A stretch of 64,000 nucleotides of DNA from Gemmatimonadales bacterium (GTDB taxonomy: Bacteria; Gemmatimonadota; Gemmatimonadetes; Gemmatimonadales; GWC2-71-9), in the NCBI GenBank assembly GCA_041615815.1, contig JBFJCP010000006.1, forward strand, positions 64,001 to 128,000, read 5' to 3'. Below the pieces are notes generated by a model that saw only the letters and a program-made list of their open reading frames with translations, had not been told where the DNA came from and made no database searches. Positions 20,305-29,467 of this stretch are shown here, piece after piece. The stretch's first letter is position 1. Each line of letters starts with the position of its first letter. Both the position numbers and the translations under genes were made by a program.

Positions 20305-20344
20305 CAGGCCCCGCGAACCGAGCGGTCCGCGGGGCCTGTTCTTT
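20305..20344 (+). terminator. Intrinsic terminator after the ECF/anti-sigma/DUF4097 operon
   Basis: CAGGCCCCGCG..CGCGGGGCCTG stem followed by TTCTTT. Confidence 0.7.
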
Positions 20345-20399
20345 GCGAGTCCAAGGCCGCAGCTTATCGTCGCACCGCGCGACAACGGGAGATCGCAAC

Positions 20400-21680
20400 G
20401 TGACCGGGAGCCACAACGGACGCGCCTCCACCTTCTGGACCAGCTTTGGGCCCGGACTGCTGTGGGCCGCCGCCGCGATCGGGGTGTCGCACCTCGTCCA
20501 ATCAACGCGAGCCGGGGCCATCGGCGGTTTTGCCCTGACGGGCGTCATTCTGTTGGCGCTCGTCCTGAAGTATCCCTTCTTCGAGTTCGGACCACGATAC
20601 GCCGCGGCCACCGGCGCCAGCCTAGTGGAGGGGTACCGTCGGATCGGGCCGTGGGCTCTGTGGCTCTACTTGGGGATCACGCTCGCGACCGCCTGGATCG
20701 TGCAGGTGACCGTGGTCTTATTCACGGCCTTCCTGATTCAGTATGTGTTCGGCTTGCATTGGCCCATCGCGGCTGTTGCGGGGTTGTTGGTGCTTCTCTG
20801 CGCGGCCCTGCTGTGGGTGGGGCGCTTCAGACTCCTGGATGCCACGATCAAGGTGATCCTGGTGTTCCTCGCCCTCTCGACCCTCGCAGCGGCGGTGGTC
20901 ACTATCCCGCGAGCACCATTGGACTCGCTGGCGCTGTGGCCGGCGGGTGCCATCGGATCCGTCGTGCCCGCGGCCTTCCTGCTGGCGTTGATGGGCTGGA
21001 TGCCCTCAGCAATCGACATCTCCGTGTGGAGCTCACTCTGGACGCTGGCCAAGGACGAAACAGTAGGAGCCCAGGCCTCGGTTGGGACCGCCCGGCTCGA
21101 CTTTTTCATCGGCTACGCGGGGACCGGTGTCCTCGCATTTGCGTTTCTCACCTTGGGGGCGGGCGTCATGTTCGGCTCCGGAGCGGAGTTCAGTGAAGCC
21201 GGGACCGTGTTCTCGACGCAGCTCGTGGAGTTGTACAGTGCGACGCTCGGCGCCTGGACCCGACCGGTGGTACTTGTCGCCGTGACGACTACGATGCTCT
21301 CGACATCGCTCACGGTGGTGGATGGCTTCCCGCGTGCCATTGACCGCTCGGTGGCCAACGTCTTGACGCCCGACACCGGCTCGAGGGCCCACCCGGTGGG
21401 CCGGGTCTACTGGCTGAGCATCGCGCTGCTGGGAATCACGACCGTCGTCGTGCTCCACCTGTTTGCCGGTACGCTCACGACCATGGTGGATTTCGCCACG
21501 ATCGTGTCATTCCTTACCGCTCCCGTCCTCGGTTTTCTCAACCTCAAGGCCGTGACCTCCGCCGAGGTACCGCCGGAACACCGCCCTGGCCTGGCCATGC
21601 GGATACTCTCCTGGACGGGACTGCTGCTCCTCGGCGGTACCGGGGGTGTCTATCTCGTCTGGCGCTTTCTGCTGATTTAG
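20400..21680 (+). CDS. NRAMP-related (APC superfamily) membrane transporter
   Basis: GPGLLWAAAAIGVSHLV, KYPFFEFGPRY, GWMP, T..DGFPR, about 11 TM. Lacks the canonical DPGN metal motif. Confidence 0.75.
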   Translation: MTGSHNGRASTFWTSFGPGLLWAAAAIGVSHLVQSTRAGAIGGFALTGVILLALVLKYPFFEFGPRYAAATGASLVEGYRRIGPWALWLYLGITLATAWIVQVTVVLFTAFLIQYVFGLHWPIAAVAGLLVLLCAALLWVGRFRLLDATIKVILVFLALSTLAAAVVTIPRAPLDSLALWPAGAIGSVVPAAFLLALMGWMPSAIDISVWSSLWTLAKDETVGAQASVGTARLDFFIGYAGTGVLAFAFLTLGAGVMFGSGAEFSEAGTVFSTQLVELYSATLGAWTRPVVLVAVTTTMLSTSLTVVDGFPRAIDRSVANVLTPDTGSRAHPVGRVYWLSIALLGITTVVVLHLFAGTLTTMVDFATIVSFLTAPVLGFLNLKAVTSAEVPPEHRPGLAMRILSWTGLLLLGGTGGVYLVWRFLLI

Positions 21681-21708
21681 TCCAGGCGGCACACGAACAA
21701 CCGGTACC

Positions 21709-22425
21709 TCATTGGGCCTCTGGCTCTTGGTGGTTGGCGTCAAATCGATAGCCAACCTTGCGTACCGTGCGAATATGAGTGGGATTTGCAGGGTCGGCCT
21801 CGAGTTTTCTTCTGAGTTCGGCGACGTGCGTGTCGACAGTGCGACTCAAGACCGACGCGTTGTACCCCCACACCTCTTTCATGAGGTCTTGCCGCGACAC
21901 CACGGTGCCCCGGCGATTCAGCAGCGCGACCAAGAGATCGTACTCCTTCGGGGTGAGCGGCACCGCTTCGCCCCGCCGGCGCACGACCCGTGCGGCAAGA
22001 TCCACCTCGACGTGCCCAAAACGCTCGAGTGCGGGTTGCGCTGCCCCATCTCGGGTCTCGTCTCCCGCCCGTCGCAGGAGCGCTTCGACGCGAGCCAGTA
22101 GCTCCAGCACGCCAAATGGCTTGGTGACGTAGTCGTCCGCACCGAGCTTCAGGCCGCGCACTTTGTCGGTCTCCTCGCCACGAGCGGTGAGCACCAATAC
22201 AGGATTGCGGTAACCGCGCCGGCGAAGCTCGTGGAGCACCCTGAAGCCGTCCATTTCGGGAATCATTAGATCGAGAATGACGAGATCGGGGGCGGTCTGG
22301 GTGGCTTCGGCAAGCCCGGCCCGGCCATCACCGGCAATGGCAACCTCGTAGCCTTCGATTTCCAGATTGTTTCGAAGACCAAACGCAAGATCCTCGTTGT
22401 CCTCGATCACGAGCACTCGGGTCAT
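21709..22425 (-). CDS. OmpR/PhoB family response regulator
   Basis: LVIED, LVILD, LTA, GADDYVTKPF, winged HTH SRTVDTHV..LRRKLE..VGYRF. Confidence 0.93.
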   Translation of the reverse strand: MTRVLVIEDNEDLAFGLRNNLEIEGYEVAIAGDGRAGLAEATQTAPDLVILDLMIPEMDGFRVLHELRRRGYRNPVLVLTARGEETDKVRGLKLGADDYVTKPFGVLELLARVEALLRRAGDETRDGAAQPALERFGHVEVDLAARVVRRRGEAVPLTPKEYDLLVALLNRRGTVVSRQDLMKEVWGYNASVLSRTVDTHVAELRRKLEADPANPTHIRTVRKVGYRFDANHQEPEAQ

Positions 22426-24116
22426 GATCCACTCCCGGCTGCTGCCTGGGAGGGTGTGGGACCGATGGGGGAGCGTGCCTGTTCCTGACTGGTGGGGTGT
22501 CCAGGCGTGGCGTTGGGAAGTTCGACCGTCAGGCGAGCACCTCCCCCTGGCGCGGTTTCGGCCCACGCCCGTCCACCGTGCAATGTGGCCAGTTCTCGTA
22601 CCACCGACAGACCGATCCCCGTGCCCGCCACCGCCGCCGTGCGCTCGCGGTCCACACGCGCAAACCGATCCCACACACGCTCACGATCACCCTCGGGAAT
22701 TCCCGGACCTTGGTCCTCGACCCACAGATGGGCCATCCCGTCCCGTAGACTGAGCCCAACGGTGACGGTCTGTGCTGCAGGACCATATTTCACGGCATTG
22801 TCCAGTAGGTTGAGCAGCATCTGCTTGACCGCTCCCCGGTCCACCGGTGCGTCAACCTCGTTCACGATGTTCGTGTGAAAGCGGATCTCGCTGGATTCCG
22901 CAATCGGCGCGAAGAGGTCCACCGCCTCCCGTATCAACGGAGCGAGTGCCGTCTGTTCGGGAGCGACCCTCGCGATTCGTCGTTCCGCGCGCGAAAACTG
23001 CAGCACGTTCTCGACGAGATGAGTCAGGCGACGAGCTTCCTTATCGATGATGCTAAGAGAACGTCGTTTCTCGTGCTCCGACCGGACCCGTCCCAAGAGC
23101 AGCGTTTCTGCAAACATTCGGATTTGGGCAAGCGGTGTTCGCAATTCATGGGAAACGTTCGAGACGAACTCGGTTCTGAGCCGGGCCAGCTCGTGTTCTC
23201 TGCGCACTTGGAGTAGGGCGATCGCGATGAGCCCGGCCGTGAGCAGCAGCAGACCCATAATGAAGCGGAAGCGGGCCTGGGGCAGACCGCCGTGTATGAG
23301 TCCCTCTGCCGCGGCCGGTCGCAGCGCGATGTGGGTCGAGATACCGCCCAGCCGGGCATCAGCGTCGGCACGTGCCGCAAATGTCGCTACCGGTACGCTA
23401 TCGGCATGTGATGCATACAGAACGTTCCCCCCTGCATCGAGGAGACGCACGACCACCAGAGAGTCCCCATCGATACCGCGAAGCAGGGACGGTGGCAGCA
23501 ACGGTTCCCGCCGAACCGAGGCACCCAACAGCGAGCTGGCGCTATCGGCATCCAACTCGAACCCATACGCGGTCACGGGGTCTCCCGCGGCATCCCGTTC
23601 GACGGCGTATACGAACACCCCGCGATTCGGGCCTGGCCGGATGAGCACCGCCGAGCGCCACTCGCTGTCGAATACATCGGTGACGTGTGGCGGAAGCGTG
23701 TCCTCGAGCCAGCTCGCGAGCGGGCTCGGGAGCGCGCTGGCGTTGGCCAGGGTTCTGGATGGGAATTCGAAGCGGAAGACGTAGCGTACGGCGGCGAGCG
23801 CAGCACGCTCATATCCGGCCGCTCCTTCGGGCAACGCCTCCGGAGCGGGCAGCGCCGTCCCGAGGACACCCACCTTGAGATCGTCCAACGTTCGGAAGAC
23901 GGGATAGAAACCGTAGTACTCGAAGTCTCGGGCGATGCGCTGAGCGGACTCCTCGGCAGCGGCGCGAGCGTAGTCGTTGAGGATCTGTACGGCCGTGGTC
24001 CGGTGATAGAGGTCGGACGCTATGGCCTGAAACGCCAGCATCGCGGCGAGTGCCAGCGCCGACAGCAGGAGCACGACGATGGACCGTGAACGTGGCTTCG
24101 GTGTCTTCGAAAGCAT
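22422..24116 (-). CDS. Membrane sensor histidine kinase
   Basis: Two TM helices, SHELRTPL, NLLDNAVKY, DQGPGI, GTGIGL. ATGA overlap with the regulator. Confidence 0.93.
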   Translation of the reverse strand: MLSKTPKPRSRSIVVLLLSALALAAMLAFQAIASDLYHRTTAVQILNDYARAAAEESAQRIARDFEYYGFYPVFRTLDDLKVGVLGTALPAPEALPEGAAGYERAALAAVRYVFRFEFPSRTLANASALPSPLASWLEDTLPPHVTDVFDSEWRSAVLIRPGPNRGVFVYAVERDAAGDPVTAYGFELDADSASSLLGASVRREPLLPPSLLRGIDGDSLVVVRLLDAGGNVLYASHADSVPVATFAARADADARLGGISTHIALRPAAAEGLIHGGLPQARFRFIMGLLLLTAGLIAIALLQVRREHELARLRTEFVSNVSHELRTPLAQIRMFAETLLLGRVRSEHEKRRSLSIIDKEARRLTHLVENVLQFSRAERRIARVAPEQTALAPLIREAVDLFAPIAESSEIRFHTNIVNEVDAPVDRGAVKQMLLNLLDNAVKYGPAAQTVTVGLSLRDGMAHLWVEDQGPGIPEGDRERVWDRFARVDRERTAAVAGTGIGLSVVRELATLHGGRAWAETAPGGGARLTVELPNATPGHPTSQEQARSPIGPTPSQAAAGSGS

Positions 24117-24210
24117 CGATCAAACGCCTGAGACGATCCGTGTTCGTAACGAAGGAAGTTTGGGACCGTCCCGGGTGCGGAACAAGCGTGCCCCGCCATT
24201 GGTGGTGAGT

Positions 24211-24230
24211 TCTAACAACTTCCTGACAGT
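24211..24230 (-). promoter_or_regulatory. Candidate OmpR/PhoB-type direct-repeat operator
   Basis: Minus strand CTGTCAG-GAAG-TTGTTAG with 11-bp period, about 100 nt upstream of the kinase start. Confidence 0.5.
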
Positions 24231-24305
24231 TCGAGAAGCGCCGGCAACCCGAGGCCACCCCTCCGCCGACGGAGGAGGGGTGGGTCGACATGCCGCCGGT
24301 GGCAG

Positions 24306-25700
24306 CTAATTCCCGTACTGGTTGGCGATGTCAGACAGCTTGGCCTCGAGCTCGGTCCGTGGGAGCCACTTCCCATGCAGCATGACCCCAGTGGGGTCCC
24401 CCACGTTACCCACGTTCTCCAACGGATTGGCATCGAGCAGCACGAGGTCCGCCCGCTTGCCGGGTGCGACCGTTCCCTGCTCGTCCTGCACACCGAAAAA
24501 GGCTGCCACATTACGGGTCCCCGTCACAAGGGCGTCGTACGGGGTGAGTCCGGCCGCCACCATGGCCTCCAACTCACGCCTGATTGAAAAGCCGGGCACG
24601 TTCCAGATCTGTGGGGCGTCCGACCCCAGCAGCAGGCCAGCTCCCCCTTCGTATAGAGCCTTCAGAAGCTCTCGGCGAACCTCGATGAAGCCGTCGAGCG
24701 TCGCCCGTGGCGGAGCTTGGGCGAGCCAGTCCCGCGTGCGATTCATCCATGATTCCCGCACTCGCGGGGGCATGTACTTCATTTCCGGCCATGCGGCGCG
24801 GGACTCGGCGCTCTCGCTGCTCGCGAAGGCCTCCATCAAGGTCTGCGTCGGCACGTTCCACACTTCGGCCGCCCGCGTATCGGCCACCACCGTGGGAATC
24901 TTCGAGTGGTCTACGTGAGGCGCCAAGTTGGCCCCGAAGAAGCCACCGGCGGATGCGTCCACGCTGGTGTTGTCGGCGAGCAGCACCTCCATATACCCAT
25001 CGAGGTGGTCGATGGACGCGTACCGGGCGGCCAGAGCCCGCATCAGACCTACGTCGCTCGGCACGTGGCCCGAGAACGTGAACTCCATTCGATCCGCTAC
25101 CGCGTCCAGCGTGTCGAACACCGCTCTGGACAACCCGGGATGAATCTTGATGAAGTCATACCCGGCACGCTTCTGCTCCGTGACCGCCTGTCGCGCCGCC
25201 TGAGTTGTTGCAACGGAGTTCCCGTTCACCGAAGGACCCGAGGTCCACAGGCGCGGACCCAAGACCTCACCCTTGGCGATCTCCTCGCGGAGTGTGAGAT
25301 GCGCCGGATGGCCCAACATCCCTCGGATCGTTGTGATGCCGTTCGCCACATAGAGGAATAGAACCTCGTGGGCGTAGTCCATCGTGCCGCTTTGCGGTGA
25401 CGGGACGTGGGCGTGCATTTCTGCGAGGCCGGGAATCAAGTATCTGCCCGTACCGTCGATCCGTGTGGCCTGTGCCGGGACCGTCAACCGCGCGGCTGGT
25501 CCCATCTGTTCGATGCATCCGTCCTTGACGATCACCGTCATATGCTCGAGCGTCCGATTCCGATCCAGCGGAATCACCGTGACATCGACGAATGCGTACA
25601 TCCCCTTGTACGGGCCGGGGGCGCAAACCTCGGGCGGTGTGACGGCAATTCCCGAAGGTGCGCCAGCGAAGCTGAGCATGAGGGCGAGTGTGACGGACAC
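24306..25700 (-). CDS. Secreted amidohydrolase superfamily protein
   Basis: IDGTGRYLIPGLAEMHAH, NGITTIR, FIKIH, GH, IDH, GSDAP, G.VAPGKRADLVLL..NPL. GTG 25700 preceded by GAGAGG. Confidence 0.85.
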   Translation of the reverse strand: MSVTLALMLSFAGAPSGIAVTPPEVCAPGPYKGMYAFVDVTVIPLDRNRTLEHMTVIVKDGCIEQMGPAARLTVPAQATRIDGTGRYLIPGLAEMHAHVPSPQSGTMDYAHEVLFLYVANGITTIRGMLGHPAHLTLREEIAKGEVLGPRLWTSGPSVNGNSVATTQAARQAVTEQKRAGYDFIKIHPGLSRAVFDTLDAVADRMEFTFSGHVPSDVGLMRALAARYASIDHLDGYMEVLLADNTSVDASAGGFFGANLAPHVDHSKIPTVVADTRAAEVWNVPTQTLMEAFASSESAESRAAWPEMKYMPPRVRESWMNRTRDWLAQAPPRATLDGFIEVRRELLKALYEGGAGLLLGSDAPQIWNVPGFSIRRELEAMVAAGLTPYDALVTGTRNVAAFFGVQDEQGTVAPGKRADLVLLDANPLENVGNVGDPTGVMLHGKWLPRTELEAKLSDIANQYGN

Positions 25701-25752
25701 GAGGCACCTCTCAGAGATGAATTGGTTCGGGAGCTGTCTGCAGAGTGTGTAT

Positions 25753-27270
25753 TTAACCCTCGTTGGCGGTCTCGCGTTCCCTCGTCCGCATCGATGCCAT
25801 GAGCTGGGACGTGTTCGCTGGCGCATTCGTCATCCGACTCACCGCGAGGGTTACCAGGAGGGCAGCGAAGAACCCAGGGATGAGTTCGTAGAGGAGCGGC
25901 GATAGTACCGGGCTTGCTTTCCACACGATCGTCACGGCGGTTCCCGTGAGCAAGCCGGCGATAACGCCTGCTCGCGTGGTCCCCCGCCAAAACAGAGCTA
26001 ATAGGGACGTGGGGCCGATGGCAGCGCCCAACCCAGCCCAGGCGAAGAGCACGAGCCAGAAGACGATGTCGGTGGCTCGCATGCCGAGCACCAGTGCAAC
26101 CACCACGAGTACGACCACGACAACACGACTGTAGAGCACGAGGCGGCGTTGCGACAGGGCGCGACCGCGTCCGAGAACCTGTTCATATACGTCCCGCACG
26201 ACACTGGATGCGGCGACGAGCAGCTGGGAGTCCGCGGTCGACATGATCGCCGCAAAGATCGAGGCCACGACGATCCCAAAGAGGATTGGGTGTAAGTGTT
26301 GTTGTGCCAAGAGGGGATAGAGGTTTTCGGTATCGGCGGCCGGCAGCATGGCCACGTCTGGGAAGTAGACGCGGCCCGCGAGCCCTACGAAGAGCGCTCC
26401 CCATCCCATGACGACGTTCCAGACGGTGCCAACGACCGCCGCATAGCGGAGCTGATCCGCGTCGCGAATCGACATGTAACGCACAATGATGTGCGGATTG
26501 CCGGGGGACCCCAGCCCGATGCCCAGGAACCCGATGGCGGCACCGATCGCAAGCGCGGTGGGATCCACGAGCGTCGGATCGAGTGTGGTGAGCTCGGCGA
26601 GCACCTGACCCAATCCACCGCGGTCCAGCACGGCGATAATGGGAAGGACGACCAAGGCCAACATCATGAACATTCCCTGCAGCATGTCGGTGAGGCTGAC
26701 TGCCAAGAACCCGCCCAAAGTCGTGTAGACCAGGACAATGGTGGCGGTGACGATGATGCCCGTGGTCTGGTTCAGCCCGAAGCTCGCTGCAAAGGCTTTC
26801 CCCCCGCCCACGAATTGCGCCGCAACGTAGGCCACCATGAACACGGTCATGATGAGAGCGAGCAAGGTTCGGAGCAAACCATTCCCATCTCCGAACCGGG
26901 CGGCGTAGAAATCAGGCAGCGTGATACAGTCATAGGCCTCGCTGAAGCGACGCAGACGACCTGCATAGAAGAGGAATAGGAACAGTTCGGCCACCGTGTA
27001 GCCGGTAACCGCCCAGACCGCCGACGCGCCCATGGAGTACGCCATTCCAGTGACTCCCAACAACAGCCATGCACTTCGCCCCGATACGACCGCCGAGAGG
27101 GCAACGACGAACCGGTGCATCTTCCTGCCGCCGACGAAGAACTCGCGCACTCCGGAGGACGAGAAGCGCGTGGCGTAGGCGCCGATCCCCACGATGATCA
27201 CGAGATATCCGATGAATGCCGCGACGGCGTATCCACTCGTTTGGACCGCAGGGGCTACGGTTTCCTGCAC
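25753..27270 (-). CDS. putP: Sodium:solute symporter (PutP-like Na+/proline)
   Basis: FFVGGR, ALSA..S..SAW..LG..G, YT.LGGF.AVS.TD, GNPHI.VR.M, AAIMSTADSQLL. GTG 27270. Confidence 0.8.
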   Translation of the reverse strand: MQETVAPAVQTSGYAVAAFIGYLVIIVGIGAYATRFSSSGVREFFVGGRKMHRFVVALSAVVSGRSAWLLLGVTGMAYSMGASAVWAVTGYTVAELFLFLFYAGRLRRFSEAYDCITLPDFYAARFGDGNGLLRTLLALIMTVFMVAYVAAQFVGGGKAFAASFGLNQTTGIIVTATIVLVYTTLGGFLAVSLTDMLQGMFMMLALVVLPIIAVLDRGGLGQVLAELTTLDPTLVDPTALAIGAAIGFLGIGLGSPGNPHIIVRYMSIRDADQLRYAAVVGTVWNVVMGWGALFVGLAGRVYFPDVAMLPAADTENLYPLLAQQHLHPILFGIVVASIFAAIMSTADSQLLVAASSVVRDVYEQVLGRGRALSQRRLVLYSRVVVVVLVVVALVLGMRATDIVFWLVLFAWAGLGAAIGPTSLLALFWRGTTRAGVIAGLLTGTAVTIVWKASPVLSPLLYELIPGFFAALLVTLAVSRMTNAPANTSQLMASMRTRERETANEG

Positions 27271-27359
27271 TAGTGGGACTTCTTTCCAGTGGCACGAGCG
27301 AGGATCACCGCCGCGGCGATGATGATGGCTGGGAGACCGAACATGGCGAGATAGAACAT
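27270..27359 (-). CDS. Small 29-aa single-TM peptide (not in the ORF track)
   Basis: MFYLAMFGLPAIIIAAAVILARATGKKSH. Its TAG overlaps the symporter GTG (TAGTG). Confidence 0.6.
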   Translation of the reverse strand: MFYLAMFGLPAIIIAAAVILARATGKKSH

Positions 27360-27515
27360 ATGTGTCGGGTGGCGCTGGTCTGTGGATGTTTGACGGACAA
27401 CCGCCGGCAGAGAATCTTAGCGTTCTCTGCAATTCCCACTAGGGTGGTGCGCCACCTCGCTCCTCATGGTATTCACGAGAGGAACGCGACACCTCAGATC
27501 CGGAACCGAGAGACC

Positions 27516-28502
27516 CTGTCACCGATTCGAATTCTCCCAGCGGCCGTCGTTCACGACGCCCTCCGCATGCCCGCCGCTATCGACGCGATGCGCGACGCCT
27601 TTGGACAGTTGTCGATGGGTGAAGCGACGTTGCCGCTCAGAACGACGGTGTCGATCCCGGAGCGAAACGCGGTGACGCTTGTGATGCCTGCGCGGTGTCG
27701 TGTTCCCTTGGGGTTGGGTGGCAAGTTCGTCTCGGTGTTCCCGGAGAACACGTCGCGAGGGCTTCCGCTGATACACGCGGCCATCATCCTACTCAGCCCC
27801 GAAACTGGCGAAGTGCGTGCACTCGTGGATGGGACCGTGCTCACGGCCATTCGGACCGGAGCGGCCAGCGGGTTAGCTACCGAGCTACTCGCCAGGCCCG
27901 ACGCGACCCGCCTCGCCGTCATCGGGGCAGGCACGCAGGCCCGGACTCAGCTCCAGGCCGTTTGTTGCGTGCGGACGATCTCCCACGTGACCGTGTACTC
28001 TCGTACGCAAGGTCGGGCCAGGCGATTCGCCACGGAGATGGCCGGACAAGGTGGCATCCCAACGGTCGAGGTGGTCATGAGCGCCCGGGCCGCCGTCCAC
28101 GAGGCGGACGTCGTGTGCGTCGCGACGACCTCCAACACCCCCGTCCTTCAAGCGGAAGACATCCCCGCTGGTTGCCACGTGAATGCCGTTGGCTCGTATA
28201 CGCCGGCGATGGTCGAGCTGGACCCAGTGTTGCTGGGTCGGTCTCGCGTGTTCGTGGATCAACGCGAGGCCGCCCTGGCGGAGGCTGGGGAGCTGATCGT
28301 TGCCGTTGCGGATGGGACGATTCGCCAGACCGACCTCCTCGAGCTGGGCGAGGTCGTTCGCGGCGCCGCCGCCGGACGCACTGCCCGGGATCAGGTGACG
28401 GTTTTCAAGTCCGTCGGCGTGGCAACCCAGGATTTGTGCGCGGCGGACCGAGCAGTTCAGGAGGCGGAGCGGTTGGGGCTGGGCGTTGTGGTCGAGTGGT
28501 GA
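27516..28502 (+). CDS. Ornithine cyclodeaminase/mu-crystallin family protein
   Basis: LVMPA, GKFVSVFPEN..RGLP, LTAIRTGA.S, GAGTQA, H.NAVG, FKSVG.A.QD. Start uncertain (CTG 27516 or ATG 27567). Confidence 0.88.
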   Translation: MSPIRILPAAVVHDALRMPAAIDAMRDAFGQLSMGEATLPLRTTVSIPERNAVTLVMPARCRVPLGLGGKFVSVFPENTSRGLPLIHAAIILLSPETGEVRALVDGTVLTAIRTGAASGLATELLARPDATRLAVIGAGTQARTQLQAVCCVRTISHVTVYSRTQGRARRFATEMAGQGGIPTVEVVMSARAAVHEADVVCVATTSNTPVLQAEDIPAGCHVNAVGSYTPAMVELDPVLLGRSRVFVDQREAALAEAGELIVAVADGTIRQTDLLELGEVVRGAAAGRTARDQVTVFKSVGVATQDLCAADRAVQEAERLGLGVVVEW

Positions 28503-28511
28503 GATTGCGTA

Positions 28512-29339
28512 TTACGCCATCTCGTCGACAAACGCCCCCGCCGTCTTGGGACGCTTCCGGGGGTTTTTCTCCAACGCATGATGGACCGCTCGCTCGACCT
28601 CGGCGGGTACATCGCGCCGCACGACGCAGAGGGAGGGAGGCGGCTGCCGCACGTGACGCGCCATGATGGCCTGCGCCGTGCGCCCGGTGAACGGTGGCTC
28701 ACCGATCAACATCTCGTAGACCACGCACGCGAGCGAATAGATGTCACTCCGGCTGTCGATCTTGGAATCACCGGCTGCCTGTTCGGGGCTCATATAGTGC
28801 GGGGTGCCCAGTACAATGCCGCTCGAAGAGAGTCGCTCGCCGCCTGCCTTCACCACTGCCCGGGCCACACCAAAATCACAAACCTTCGCGCCGCCACCCT
28901 CGAACATGATGTTCTCGGGCTTGATATCCCGGTGGATGACGTTCTTCATGTGTGCGTAGTCGAGGGCAGAGGCGACATCCCGTGAGACAGCCACTGTATG
29001 CTGGAGCGAGAGCGTCTGTTCGCGGTCCAAGAGCGCCCGCAGTGAAGCGCCCTCTGCGTACGGCATCACATAATAGATGAGCGAACCGGCTTCCTGAGAG
29101 GCAATCAGCGGAAGAATGTTGGGGTGATCCAACTCGCCGAGGATCTTGATCTCGCGGTGGAACCGGTGACCCACCAGCGTCGCGCCAAACTCGGGATGCA
29201 GTACCTTGATCGCGACCCGCTCACCAGTTTCCGCGCAACAAGCCCGGAACACGGTCGCCATCCCACCATGGCCGACGACCTTTTCCACCGAATACTGCCC
29301 AGACAGTGCCTTCCGAACGGTCTCGATGTCGAGCGCCAC
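28512..29339 (-). CDS. Hanks-type Ser/Thr protein kinase (catalytic domain only)
   Basis: GHGGMATV, VAIK, HRDIKPEN, DFG, GTPHYMSPEQ, DIYSL. Confidence 0.92.
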   Translation of the reverse strand: MALDIETVRKALSGQYSVEKVVGHGGMATVFRACCAETGERVAIKVLHPEFGATLVGHRFHREIKILGELDHPNILPLIASQEAGSLIYYVMPYAEGASLRALLDREQTLSLQHTVAVSRDVASALDYAHMKNVIHRDIKPENIMFEGGGAKVCDFGVARAVVKAGGERLSSSGIVLGTPHYMSPEQAAGDSKIDSRSDIYSLACVVYEMLIGEPPFTGRTAQAIMARHVRQPPPSLCVVRRDVPAEVERAVHHALEKNPRKRPKTAGAFVDEMA

Positions 29340-29383
29340 CAGTGAAGCATACCGCCGCGATGAGAAAGCGACCAGGGTGCAAA

Positions 29384-29460
29384 GAGCGTGAGGGTTAAGG
29401 AGTACGGGGTATCAACGAGCTCCGGTCACCTCACCTCACCTCACCTCACACCTCACGCTC
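29384..29460. repeat. (TCACC)n tandem repeat enclosed by a 10-bp inverted repeat
   Basis: TCACC x4 at 29426-29445 plus degenerate copies. GAGCGTGAGG (29384-29393) is the reverse complement of CCTCACGCTC (29451-29460). Confidence 0.75.
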
Positions 29461-29467
29461 AATTCCG

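Noticed and set aside
29426..29460. Repeat considered as a CRISPR remnant
   Set aside because: 5-nt units without spacers, and no cas genes in the window.
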